Shown piece by piece: positions 27,702 to 39,300 of a DNA stretch of 64,000 nucleotides. Position 1 is the first letter of the stretch; each line of letters starts with the position of its first letter. Under the pieces are notes generated by a model that worked only from the letters and a program-made list of their open reading frames with translations, was not told the origin of the DNA and ran no database searches. A program made the translations under genes and the position numbers. This DNA comes from Chiloscyllium plagiosum. Its lineage: Eukaryota. The stretch spans positions 43,461,970 through 43,525,969 of the forward strand of contig NC_057718.1 of assembly GCF_004010195.1 (NCBI RefSeq). Direction: 5' to 3'.

Positions 27702-27886
27702 AGTATGTTGGACTGTCACTTTAAGACTCTGATCACATGGCACAATAATATGATCATTAACCATTTTGGAGGGAATCAGCTTAGTCTCACTTGCTGCCCT
27801 ATAGAGAGAACACTTCATATAATCTATCTGCTACTATTGTTAAACACTGTTTCCTATCCTTCTTGAAATGTAATGCAAGAAAAAAA
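27702..27886 (+). mobile_element. 5' LTR of Gypsy element 1, followed by a decayed PBS at 27888-27898
   Basis: 27704-27817 aligns with 32000-32111 (about 78% by hand alignment; ctgtcactttaaga, ccattttggagg, cttgctgcc, gaacac). tagcaactagg resembles the Gypsy PBS tggcgacgagg after CpG decay. Confidence 0.8.
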
Positions 27887-28040
27887 CTAGCAACTAGGAT
27901 AAAACTGCTTCGAGATCCAGCAGATGAACCCACTGGTGCATCAACAAATAAACAGAATTGTGACCCTCACTTCAGAACCCAGAGGTACTTTGTTAAAAAC
28001 AACAGAAGAAATCATAGCCGTTACTGCTTCACCGAAACAG

Positions 28041-28505
28041 ATAGTCATGGAGTCACACATCATGGAAACAGACCCTTTGGTCCCACTCACTCAGGCCGAC
28101 CAGACATCCCAACCAGATCTAATCCCATTTGCCAGCTTTTGGCCCATATCCCTCTGAACTCCTCTTAATCATGTACCCATCCAGAAGCATTTTAACTGTT
28201 GCAATTGTACCTGCCTCCATAACTTCCTCTGCAGTTTATTCCATGCATGCACCAACCTCTGCATGAAAACGTTACCTCTCAGGTCATTTTTAAATCTTTC
28301 CTCTCTCACCTTATACCAACACCTTCAGTTTTGGACTCCTGCATGCTGGGAAAGAGACCATTTGTCCTAATATCCTATCCATATCCCTCATGATTTTATA
28401 AAGCTCTATAAGGTCACCCCTCAGCCTCTGAATCTCCAGGGAAAGAAAGCTCCAGCCTATTCAACCTCTCCTCACAACTCAAACTCTCTAGTCCCAGAAC
28501 ATTCT
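28041..28505 (-). mobile_element. CR1 3' end inserted in the Gypsy leader
   Basis: Reverse complement of the same CR1 3' end as 2540-2980 (catggaaacagaccctt...ataaggtcacccctcagcctct). Confidence 0.9.
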
Positions 28506-28764
28506 TGAAAATGGGTAAAAATAGTAAAGAATTTATATCAGGGAATGGTTGAACAATGCTGAAGAAGCTTTCCACATGCTTTATTCTGAAGGAACACTGC
28601 AACAAGTATCCTGCATAGAGGGAATTGTTTTGACCTATGGATGTAGACTCGAAAGAAAAGGTAGTCTCAAAAGTACCATGTCTTACAGGGAAGACATGAG
28701 GCAGTGTTCAAATTTTCATTTTGTATTATGCTATGCAAGCCTTTCCATTTAAAAAAGTAAGAAA

Positions 28765-30335
28765 ATACTGGTGTTGTACTACTGTATGATCAAAATACAG
28801 AGAGCTGAAACTCATACTATTCTATTCTATCCCATACTGAGATTCTATTATTTTGTTCAAGCTAACAAAATTGAAGCAGATAGGGTTGTCCTTGCATTTG
28901 TTAATATTATGGGGGGGGGGGAGCTTTTAAACTTCTGTAATGATTGGAACCATGTCAGGGTGAATCTCATTGACTATTAGATCCTTGATTGGGTGGTTAA
29001 CCCAGGTCAATCAGGGAGTCCTGGCTGACAGAAATTCACAAGGTCTTCTCAGTTGAGAGACTAGCTTTGAGCTGGCTAATCATTGCCCATTTTCAATGAA
29101 CATGTAAATAAAAGGTGACTTGGTGATAGGATATCAGCCTTTGTGCAGTTATTTCACCTTCTAAGGAGTCTGGCACAGCCAGAGAAACTAGATTTCAAAA
29201 CCAACAAAGAAATGGTAGGAACCCGACAGAACCATTTTCATCCAAACCATTGGTGATTAGTGAAAGGTTCAGGCTTCACTAACACAACCAACACAGTGCT
29301 TAATCTGTTTCCAAGCTTAGAAGAATTTTAAAGAAGTTAACAGAATATTATGAATTCAGAGACAACTAATCATGCTATCAGAGACAGACTGCCACGTGGT
29401 TTAAGATGTGAACTAATCCAGGAGAGATTACTGATGGAATGGAATCTGGACTTACAGAAAGCACTAGAAATAGTAGTCTTGATGGAACTAGTAGCTAAGG
29501 AGGCTTCTCAACTAATCTTGTGTATGAGTGTCAACAAAATGGTGGCTGAGAGAGTTCACGAAATGGCGGCAACGACGAGCACCAATGCAGATTAAAAACT
29601 GCCATCAGCATGCAAAAGCAGGCCGTGCAACAGCAAATTTATGTTGTAAAGAAGCTGCATGTAGAAACTATGAAACAAAGGGCACATTGACTGGGTTTGT
29701 TTGAGTATGAAACATCAATAGCATACAGCAAACGTACAGAAACCAAAGAGCGAAAACAAAATCAACACAGAACAAAAAGGACATTCGAAAACTAGACTAT
29801 AGTTCAAAGAGGAGTTGTTGTTAAACAAGCTGGCCATTGTTGGTGATACTAACTGATACTGGATTCCCTTACTGAAATGGCAAACCCATGAGCATGGAGG
29901 CAGACTCTGGTGTAGCAGTTTCACTGATACCTGTGGAACAGATGCAGCTGCGTCACATTGTGCTGCAACTCTCAAACGTTGCACTAAGAACATATAGAGA
30001 TGAAGTGGTGCCTTTAAAAGGTTGTAGGAATATGAATGTTCTAATATATGGTCAGTCTGAAGCTTGGCCTTACACATTACCAAAGGAAATCTTTAAGCTT
30101 TTTTAATAGGAACATGGTTGAAGAAAATAAAACTTAATTGGATGGAAGTAAATCACCTTTCAGATTCTGAGAGTGATCCGTCACAAATTCTAAAGAAACA
30201 TGCCATTTTTTCAATGGGGATCTGGGAAGCATGGAAATGATAGCTGTCAAGTTGAAAACAAAATATGAGAATCAAGCAAAATGGTTGAGTTGCAAGCCTA
30301 GATTAGTGCCTTATGCAATCGGACCAAAGGTTGAT
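28765..30335 (+). mobile_element. Gypsy element 1: gag, aspartic protease and start of RT, all decayed
   Basis: YFVQANKI...IMGG / LLRSLAQPEK...HFHP.PLVISERFR...IRDRL..GLRCELIQERLL..LDLQKALEI; double zinc-knuckle remnant ~29600-29700; MEADSGVAVSLI (D-S-G at 29903-29911); WLKKIKLNW; KPRLVPYAIGPKV. Confidence 0.92.
28936..29156 (+). mobile_element. Solo LTR (221 bp) nested in gag
   Basis: TG...CA termini, AATAAA at ~29107, flanked by acttc/ccttc; removing it rejoins gag as AFKLLRSL. Confidence 0.85.
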
Positions 30336-31842
30336 GGAGAAATCTAAGCATGTAAGAAGTGTGAATCAAACCAGGATAGCACTTTATTAAGCCATACAAT
30401 TAATCTGCTTGAGAAGATTCATAGTGATAACCACACCTGTGACCTTGGTAATTCAAGAGTTCATCTGATAATTGCAGCCTTGCTTATGACCTTCAAGCAA
30501 AAGCTTAATGATCAGGAAACACAGAATAATGATACAGCCATCTTGCATTGTGAAATTAGCAGATCAGATACAGCAGTGCAATGGATAGAAGGATCCACTC
30601 GATTTCAGCTTGCTGCCAAGTTTGAAGTGAACCATCATTGAGATGGTTATTCATGGGCCTAAACCAGAAGATAGTAGTAGATATACTTGAGGTGTTGGAG
30701 ACCAACAAACCTGTGCTGCCTTGAAAGTGAGTACTATTCTGGTACTTCAGAAGGGTTTCAGAGCAAGGGAGCTGACGAAGGCAACACCATCACTCTACAC
30801 TGTGAACTTGCTAAGCCTGATCCTCCTATAGAGTGGAAAAATGAGACTGCGGTATTTCATCTCAGTGTCAAGTACAAAGTAAACAAGTGGGTTCTGTTGC
30901 TGAATTGTCTGTCTGCAATCTGAAACAAGAAGATGCAAGAGAATATGCCTGTGATTCAGAAGATCAACACACCCCAGCTCCACTTAAAATAAAAGAAAAG
31001 CCAGTGGTGTTCATTAAATCTTTGGATACCATTGTTGGGCAAGGGAGAGGAATGATTACACTGGATTGTGAATCTGAATAAAGCATGATGTGGTTCTTGC
31101 TTCAAGTGACAAATCTGAATGACTACATGCTGGAAAAGCACTTTGTTTTATTGTACATGATCTGAATAAAAGTGATGAGTTAGTGACATAGGCACCAGTA
31201 GAGCAAGTGCCAAGGTTGTCATCCCACATCTGAACATCAGAGTTTCAAAAAGGCAAAAGAGCACAAAGATTAAAAAAAGCAAAAAGGCACCTTTTAAATG
31301 CACACTTTCTTATGAAAGTATTACTGGACAGGGCTGTTAGTAGAAGGCAATGAATGACTTGAGGTATTCAATGTTGGCCAAAAATACATTCTTAAATTAA
31401 AGAAATAGCTCTTTCAGTTATTGGAGAAGTAACCTCAGTTTGAAAGCCTCATTGATGGTGAAAGAAAAACTGGCAGAAATCACAAAGCAATGGAAAAAAG
31501 TGGTGGTGATAGTGGGTGAAGAGATTGTACTAAACTGTGTACCTCTAAGCCTGTTTCTTTAGTGCAGTTGCTTAAAGATGACAGAGGAATTAACAAACGT
31601 AACATGTGAAATATCTCAGCAAAGGACTATAAACAAATTTATAATTCATCAAGTCACACAAAGTACTTGAGAGAGTATGCATATGAAACAGAGACTTCTA
31701 AAATGTTTTTTTAATAGTGGTGGTAAACCAACACAAAAACTGAAGAGAAAGATACTGCTGTTTTTAAATGTGAAACAGAATAGCCAGCAAAAAGTTAGTC
31801 TGAAAATAAGGGAATGGCCAGAAAAGCAATGAGAAAAATAAA
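30333..31842 (+). pseudogene. OBSCN: Intronless obscurin-like tandem I-set Ig domain retrocopy fragment (about 7 domains, first and last partial)
   Basis: TFKQKLNDQETQNNDTAILHCEISRSDTAVQW; EMVIHGPKPEDSSRYT*GVGDQQT; EGNTITLHCELAKPDPPIEWK; GSVAELSVCNLKQEDAREYACDSEDQHT; EKPVVFIKSLD..MITLDCE; FKCTLSYES; GEEIVLNC..SKP; EEKDTAVFKCETE. Ig call is firm; OBSCN rather than OBSL1/titin is from recalled repeat style. Confidence 0.8.
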
Positions 31843-31981
31843 CAGATGCCTGAGGTCCTCTGACAGCCATACCAGAACATTGACATCTTCCAGAACACCT
31901 GACCTCTAGCTGTTATGTATATGATTGCAAATATTGTGAATTGTTCTCATTGCAGCAACCTCTGATATAAAGGGGGAGGGA
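31843..31981 (+). mobile_element. Gypsy element 1 integrase C-terminal tail and polypurine tract
   Basis: ccagaacattgacatcttccagaacacctgacctctag can be read as a CpG-decayed RYPER.R.PPERLDL* pol ending (inference); PPT aaagggggaggga at 31969-31981 directly precedes TG. Confidence 0.75.
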
Positions 31982-32115
31982 TGTTTTATATTATGTAAAT
32001 ATGTTGTGCTGTCACTTTAAGAATCTGACCATATGCAAGATGTTGATGTCATTGGCCATTTTGGAGGAAATCAGTTTAGCCTTGCTTGCTGCCTTGCAGC
32101 GTGAACACCTCCAAC
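31982..32115 (+). mobile_element. 3' LTR of Gypsy element 1 (3' part lost or interrupted)
   Basis: Begins TGTT right after the PPT; direct repeat of 27704-27817. Confidence 0.8.
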
Positions 32116-34189
32116 TATTTACCAGAATGAAATAAGCTTTGGAATTTGCAGCCAAATCTTGGATTGGAGGCTCTACAATGGAATGGCCAGCAATGAACTG
32201 TCCTGTCCAGAAAAGTAAGTGTTAAACTGCTGTGTCAGTACTTTAGGACCTTGGAGCAACCTTGTGATGATGTCACAGAGCTTTTCCCACATTTCTTACT
32301 ATTTTTCTCACTGGGAATAATTAGCACAGTGTGGGCGGAATTAGGAAAGAGAGAGAAAAAGAGGAAAACACACAGAGCTAGGCTGAACCTTGAAGTCTAG
32401 CCATTTGAAAACCAGCGTGTCGAGCATACTGTCTAAAGTTAGGCATGAAAGTTCATGGAATAGTGTTTTAATATTGTATCAAGTGAGATTAAGGCCTGAC
32501 ATAGACTTGAATACCATATATTGTAGCATTGAGTCTTATTAGATCTATGATATAGAGAAGCCCAAATCTGAAGACAGTCTCTGACCTTGCCTCCTTATTG
32601 ACTAGTCTATCTTGAACCCAAACTTGTGGATGTGAGATAAAATCAGATTATGTCAGACAATGGATAATATAGAAGCCCAGGTAACTGTAGGCCATCTACT
32701 ACTCACAGGAGATAGAAAGCTGTGAAGCTAGCAGGATTTAGCAATGCTATAGGCCATTCAGGCCTGCAACAATGGATAAGTGTTCTCAGGTAGGAGAATT
32801 CCAGAAGCAATCCTAAGCTAAAAGCCTAATTATTCAAATGATTCAAAATTAATTTATGTCCAGTTTTGCACCAGTTGGGTGCAATTAAACAACTTATTGC
32901 TGGCTCACGCAAGGGTGGGTAAAGGAAATTTCAACTCAGCTGGATATATTGACAATATTTTTCCATCTTCTATGCCTTGACACTAAGATTAACAAACATA
33001 ATGTAAAATATATGATTAATTTACGGATGGAAGTTTAAGGTAGAAAGCATCATCTGATTTCCACTATGGTAATACCATTTTACAGCAATATGGAAAACCA
33101 GAATAGACCATAACCATAAGAGTATTTTTTTTTGTTTCAAAATGCTGTTATATACCAAGTTGAAAATATTATGGTAATGATCTGTATAGAATGTAATGTG
33201 GAAAATTTATTTTTAGTGGAATAGAGCCAATGAAAATATGCTCCAACACTGACCTTAGTTATTTATACGATATATTTTGCCTGATTAAACCATGCTACAA
33301 ATATATATGCAATATTTATCTAAAATCCTCAGTTCATGAAAATTTAAATGCTATGTCACATTTTTAGGGAAAATAGTTTATCAAGAAATATTGCCTTATT
33401 AGAATAGTGATATTTGGCTTTGAAATTACATTTGAGTTTCTCTTCTTCGATAGAGACAATTTTCTCCCAGTAAATAAACTGTCATGCCACTTGTTATATA
33501 TTGTTGAATTCCTCATACTCCGAGGATTCCACTGATATGAAACATGTATATGTTAGATTGGTACTGGTATCTTTAGTGGGCTGAGTAGGACAAATGTGTT
33601 TCTTCATGGCTGCAATAATGTGATAAAAGGAAATTGGCTGTTCATCAGCTGTTGGTTGTGTTAAGACAGTAGAGATGGTAAGCATCTTTTGGTTACTCAT
33701 ACCAACTTTATACCAATTGACTTTCATTTTTCATTGTTTCCTGTGTAACTGATAACACATTAAATGCATAACAATATTTTGATAAGAAAGCTGTTGCATA
33801 GGTTATCCATTTCTCCAGACCTTTATTATATGTCATCAAGACTGTAATTAATTTGCATTTGTCTACAAATTCTCAATGATGCTTTTAAAATTTATAAATT
33901 TGTTTTCATTCAAAATGAATAAGTAAATGCACTTCTCATATTCATGAGAGTAAGTTTCTACGATGACCACCTGGCATCTGATAATCTTAAGTATCTTCAA
34001 AGCATTCCAGACAGAGGCTTGGGCTGACCATTCTTTGGCACCAGAATGTGATATGGATAAATCAGTTCTTCATATTTTGAGCTAACATTTATATGTTAAA
34101 TCTTTGCATTTAATTTAAACATTGCTTGGGTAATGCTCTTTTTCTCTGCTGCGTATTTTCTAAACAAAGGTGATGTTGAATTGAGATCA

Positions 34190-34680
34190 CAGAAAGTGAT
34201 GATTTAATGAGATTGTCATTGAACCAGCAATTGAGATGCCAAAAACAGTAAGTTTTAGAATATGGGTATGAATCTCACCGTGGCTGCTTGTGGAATTTGA
34301 ATTGATTTAATATACGAGAAATTCAAAACTACTCTCAGTAATAATGATTTGGAGATGCCGGTGTTGGACTGGGGTGTACAATGTTAAAAATCACACAACA
34401 CCAGGTTATAGTCCAACAAGTTTAATTGGAAGCACACAATCACCTGATGAAGGAGCGTCACTCCGAAAGCGAGTGTGCTTCCAATTATACCTGTTGGACT
34501 ATAACCTGGTGTTGTGTGATTTTTAACTCAGTAATAATGACTAGGAAGCCATTTATGATTATGATAAAAGACATCTGCTTCACTAGTGCTGTTTAGGGAA
34601 GGAAATCTGCCATCTTTAAATGGTCTGGCCAATTGATGACTAGACTGAAGTGTCTCACCAGCAAGACATGCCCATGAGAA
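34190..34680 (+). mobile_element. tRNA-derived SINE interrupted by a palindromic mini-element
   Basis: ggaatttgaatt..., cttcactagtgctgtttagggaaggaaatctgccatc, same family as 16732. Confidence 0.65.
34348..34526. mobile_element. Palindromic Penelope-terminal-repeat-like mini-element
   Basis: Inverted arms ~34384-34438 and ~34473-34527; ctcagtaataatga duplicated on both flanks; CTGATGA...GAAA core at 34444-34468. Confidence 0.8.
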
Positions 34681-34689
34681 GTGACAACA

Positions 34690-36950
34690 CTGTGGTATAC
34701 ACATAAGAGCAAGTTGCTCTCCAAGTCCTCAATATTGATTCCAGATCCCATGAGTGTTTCCTCTAATTCCCATTGATTTCAGTTTTACTAGGGCTCCTTG
34801 ATGTCACACTTGGTCAAATGCAGCCTTGAGGTCAAGGTGGTCACTCTTACCTCTAAGATTCAGCTGTTTGTTTCATGTTTGAATCAAGGCTATAATGAGG
34901 TCAGGAGCAGAGTAATCCTGGCAGATATCAGGCTGGGTTTCATGAGCAAGTTGTTGCTGAGCAGGTGCTGTTTGATAGCACTGTTGATGGCACCTTCTAC
35001 CACTTTATTGATGATTGAGTGTTGAGTGATGGTATGGTAACTGGCCAGGTTGGATTTGTCCTGCTTTTTGTGTGCAGTACATAGCTGGTCAATTTTCTGA
35101 ATTGTTGAGTAAATCCCAGTGTTGTAATTGCACTGGAATAGGTTGGCTCAAGTGCAGCAAGTTGTGGAGCGCAAGTCTTCAGTACTATTGCCAGAATGTT
35201 GTCAGGGTCCATAGCCTTTGCGGTAACCAGTGCCTTCAGCTGCTTCTTGGTATCATTTGGAGTGAATTGATTTGGGTGAAGACTGGCATCTGTGATGCTC
35301 GGGAACACTGGTGGAGGCTGCGATGGATCATCCACTCAGCACGACTGACTGAAGATTGTAGCAAATGCTTCAGGCTTATTTTTTGCACTGAGATGCTTGC
35401 CTCTTTCTTCCATTTTTGAAGGTGTGGATATTTGTGGAACATTCTTCTACAGTGAGTTACATCGATTGATGTAAAATGGTGGCAGAGTAACAGGGCTGTG
35501 TGCGGGTTCTTGCCCAGAGCCCATCTGCTCCTGTCTGCTTTCCTTCCTTATTTAACTTTGCCTTCTGCTCTTTTCTTTCACTTTATTTTCCTTTCATTTC
35601 AGTTTTTTTTCTTCTTTTCTGTGGCACATTGGTTGCGGAGTGGCGGATATCGCTTCTCCCAGCGATAGAAGGTGATGACAGTAGCACCGAGGTCATTCTC
35701 CTGGCATTTGGGACTATTGGCAGTTGTTGCAAAGTTCCTCCAGTGATTGGGCACGGCAGCACCGGCAGAAGAGAACTCTTCAAGGTGGCGGCACCGGCAA
35801 GGTGTAATCAGCCACTGGAGCAGAACTCGGAGCTCGGTGGCGGCCTGGCCTGGCAGCAGAGCCAGGTACTCTTGGTTGCGGGGCAAATGTGGGTTCAGCA
35901 ACATTGGCAAAGTGAGCCCAGTGGTGAAGAAATGGCACCGAAAGTGGGGCAACTTTTACACTGGTGGGCCTGGCGCAGGTCACCACCAGACAGTGAGATG
36001 GTGGAGGTCTTCTTTGAGCCTAGGTGTTGGCATTGACTGAATCAGAAACATTGATATTCTGAACTTCTCATTAATTTATTTTTTAAATTTATCCCTATGA
36101 CCTATAATGCTGGATTATTTATTTCTTTAATTTTCTAATTTTTTTTGTTTCCTAAGAATTTGCTAAGTATCTGTACCCAGCTACATTGGTAACTATGATA
36201 GTGCTGTAATGCAGTGATTGAAAACGTTTCATTTGAGTATACGTGACAATAAAGCTAATTCAGTTCAATTGACTACCACAATTCATGACTGGGTGTGACA
36301 GGATTGGAGGACTTAGCTCTGAACAATTAGTTGTGGGATCGCTTAGCTCTGTCTATCACTTACTTCTTATGCCTGGTGTGCAAGTAGTCTGGTTTGCTAG
36401 CTTCACCAGGTTGACATCTCATTTTTAGGTATGGTGATGTTAGTTTCATGTTCTCTTGCACTTTCCTTTGAAACAGGGTTTATCTCCAGCCAGGTTGGGA
36501 ATGGTTCAGAGGGGGATATATTAGACCATAACGTTGCAGGTTGTATTGGATTATCAATTTCCTACTGTTTATGGGACACAGTGCCTCCTGGATGCCCAGT
36601 CTTGAGTTATCACATCTGTTTGCATTCTATCCTATTTAGCATAATGATAGTGCCACACAACATGATGGGGTGTATTCTCAGTATGAAGATAGGACTTCAT
36701 CTCCACAAGGTCTGTGTGATGGTCAATCTTACTGATGCTGTCATGTACAGATGTATCTGCAGCTGAACGATTAGTGAATATGAGGTCAAATATTTGTTTT
36801 CCTCCTGTTAGTTCCCTCATCACCTGCCATTGACCCAGTCTAGCAGCAACACCCTTCAGGACCCGACCTGCTCAATCAGTAATGGAGCTGTTGAGCCATT
36901 CTTGGTGATGGACATTGACATCTCTACCCAGACTGCATTCTGAGCATGCG
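34690..36950 (-). mobile_element. Degraded CR1/L2-clade LINE ORF2 (endonuclease to RT), interrupted at ~35462-36268
   Basis: KKQLKAL...KAMDPDNILAIVLKTCAPQLAA; TGGKQIFDLIFTN...VHDSISKIDHH...VVWHYHYAK. Confidence 0.85.
35462..36268 (+). mobile_element. Unclassified ~800-bp CpG-rich insertion with a non-LTR-type 3' tail
   Basis: Splits the LINE; GC/CpG-rich centre; ends tacgtgacaataaagctaattcagttcaattg. Confidence 0.5.
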
Positions 36951-37089
36951 CAAGGAGCAGTGTGCCATCGGCAGTATCAGAATTATATTCAATTTCAATT
37001 AGCAACTTCATGACCTGTCATATTGTCTACTTAATTATTACCGTCATGCTGGAGAAATCAGCCCTTGTACAATAAAGAGCGCGTGAAAG

Positions 37090-37520
37090 CATGCCAAGAT
37101 CAGTTTCCGAGATACTTAAAATGCAGAGTCACCTGGCGAATTTATGACACAGGGCTATATAGCCTGAAATAATCACGGCAATATATTGAAGACCAATGCT
37201 TCAGAATAGTTGTGTCCGTTGCCTATTTAATCCCGTGCAATTACAAATCTGGCATTTACCCAGCAAAGTGGAAAATTACTCAACCGTGAACTGTTCACAA
37301 AAAGCAGGACAAATTCAATCCGACCAATATGCCCAGTCAGTCTACTCTAGATCGTCAGCAAATTGATGAAAAGTGCTGTCAGTAGGCTATCAAGTGGCAC
37401 TTACTCAGCAATAGTTTACTCTCTGACACTCATTTGAGTTGAGCAAGGGCCCCTCAGCTCCTTACATCATTACAGCTTTGGTCCAGGCATGGACAAAAGA
37501 GCTCAGCTCAAGAGGTGAGA
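37090..37520 (+). mobile_element. CR1/L2-clade RT fragment, opposite orientation to 34690-36950
   Basis: tggcatttacccagcaaagtggaaaa...cacaaaaagcaggacaaattcaatccgaccaat (GIYP..WK...HKKQDK.NP.N). Confidence 0.75.
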
Positions 37521-38734
37521 AAACAGCATTTGTAATGGGGTAGAAGGAAATTGTTTGTTTGGGCCATCATGTCTACACCAGCTTCATTAGCACTTTAACT
37601 TGGTGCCAGATTCCTTCCTCTTCCCCATAATCCTGCATCTTGGATAGTTATTTAAAAAAAAACAATGCCCTCTTAAATGCCTCAGTTGAACTTGCCTCCA
37701 CTACACTTCCATGCAGTGTGTTACAGACTTTAACTATTCACTGTGTGAAACTTTGTTTTTGTTGCCTTACATTTGCTTCTTATATAAAACATTTAAATTC
37801 TGTGCCTGGGTTGGATACTCTACTGAGGGTTGGTGTGGACTTGTTTGGCCTTAGGGCCTGTTTCCACACTGTAGCGATTCCACGAAAAAAAGTTATTGTT
37901 ATGCATAAAATACAGAAAAACATAAAAAATAAACATGAATGGAGTTTGAATATTGTTGAAAAGACAGACATAATACAGAAGCTTTTTATTGTGCATTCAT
38001 TCATCAGGACAGAGGGAAGAATGCTGAATTTCAAGCAAACACAACAATTTATTCCCAGGAAGGAAATGATGCTGATTGGTTGGCTCTGATTGACTGAGAC
38101 ATTGCTATGGAGCAAGGAAATATAGACTCCACAAGGTTATGCACAATGCCAAATAAGTTGCAAGGTGAAATCAACTGATTATCTTGAATTGTTTGTTACT
38201 GTGTCTTCTTGCACACTAAGGATTGATTCCCAAGTGGGCTGTCCAGTCACATGGAACAGAAAACATTTTGACATGTGTTTTGTGCGTGGCAGGCTGGTTG
38301 AGTACAAACTGTACTCTATTACGAACAGATCTTGGAATGTGTTCTTTGATTCAATCAACTAATCCTTGCATTGTATTGTATGGACTATGTACTTGTCATC
38401 ACACTGGCTTTGAAATTCATACACAACATTGCTCATTCCTGTGATAGGAAGAATGACTTTTGTCACCACTGATTAATAGTATTGTGAAGCAACTTGAATA
38501 ATCCTGTTATTCAAATTATGGGTATACTTTGAATTTCCAAGGTAACTTGAGGAAGACTGAGCATTTACTAGGCCTGAAATGGGCAGCCTTTGACCCATCT
38601 TTGAGTTTGTATGATATACGGTGAACAATAACTTGATCAGGATAGGTAGTATTCTGAAAACTACCTTTGATGTGCTATACATGTTCTGAGTGGATAAATG
38701 CATGGCAGATGGAGTCTCCAAGTGCAGATTAATT

Positions 38735-39300
38735 CTGTCCCTCAGAATTGCTTTTGATAGTTTCTCCATCACTGATTGACTGGCCTGTAGTTTCCTGGCT
38801 TATCTCTTGCTCCCTTCTTGAAGAACATTATCACATTGGCTACCTTCCAGTCCTCTGCCACTATTCTATGGTCAGAAAGGAATTGGAAATTATTGCAGCA
38901 CACCTGTTTTTTATCCTTTGCCTCATTCAACAGTCTCGGATACATTTCAGCCAGCCCTGAAGATTTATCTACTTTTACGCCTGCCGGACTATTCAGAATC
39001 TTCTCTCTGTCTATTATTACAGTTCTTCTCGCTGATTTCTATAACCACATTGTCCCTAGCCTTCGGAGCACCGCTCCTTCATCAGGTGGTTGTGGCGCTC
39101 CGAAAGCTAGTGCTTCCAATTAAACCTGTTGGACTCTCACCTGGTGTTGTGTGATTTTTAACTTTGTACACCCCAGTCCAACACCAGCATCTCCGAATCA
39201 CATTGTCCCTAGCCTGGTCAACACTGAAACAAAGTACGCATTTGGAACCCTACCGACATCATTTTACTCTATGCACATTTTATCACTGTAGTCCTTAATG
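38735..39300 (-). mobile_element. CR1 RT fragment
   Basis: Plus strand actgattgactggcctgtagtttcctgg is the reverse complement of PGNYRPV. Confidence 0.65.
39063..39198. mobile_element. Penelope-terminal-repeat-like mini-element with a 17-bp flanking duplication
   Basis: cacattgtccctagcct at 39046-39062 and 39199-39215; body matches 34348-34526. Confidence 0.85.

Noticed and set aside
30333..31842. Functional obscurin/titin exons, or an immunoglobulin/antigen-receptor locus
   Set aside because: Multiple stops and frameshifts, no splice sites between domains, I-set muscle-type motifs, no recombination signals noticed, and the segment lies inside an LTR element.
34348..34526. CRISPR-like array or miRNA hairpin
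   Set aside because: Eukaryotic context, no repeat-spacer periodicity, and the hairpin belongs to a dispersed TSD-flanked repeat family.
35500..36040. 178-aa ORF and overlapping ORFs
   Set aside because: No recognisable domain; open frames on both strands are explained by high GC in a repeat insertion.
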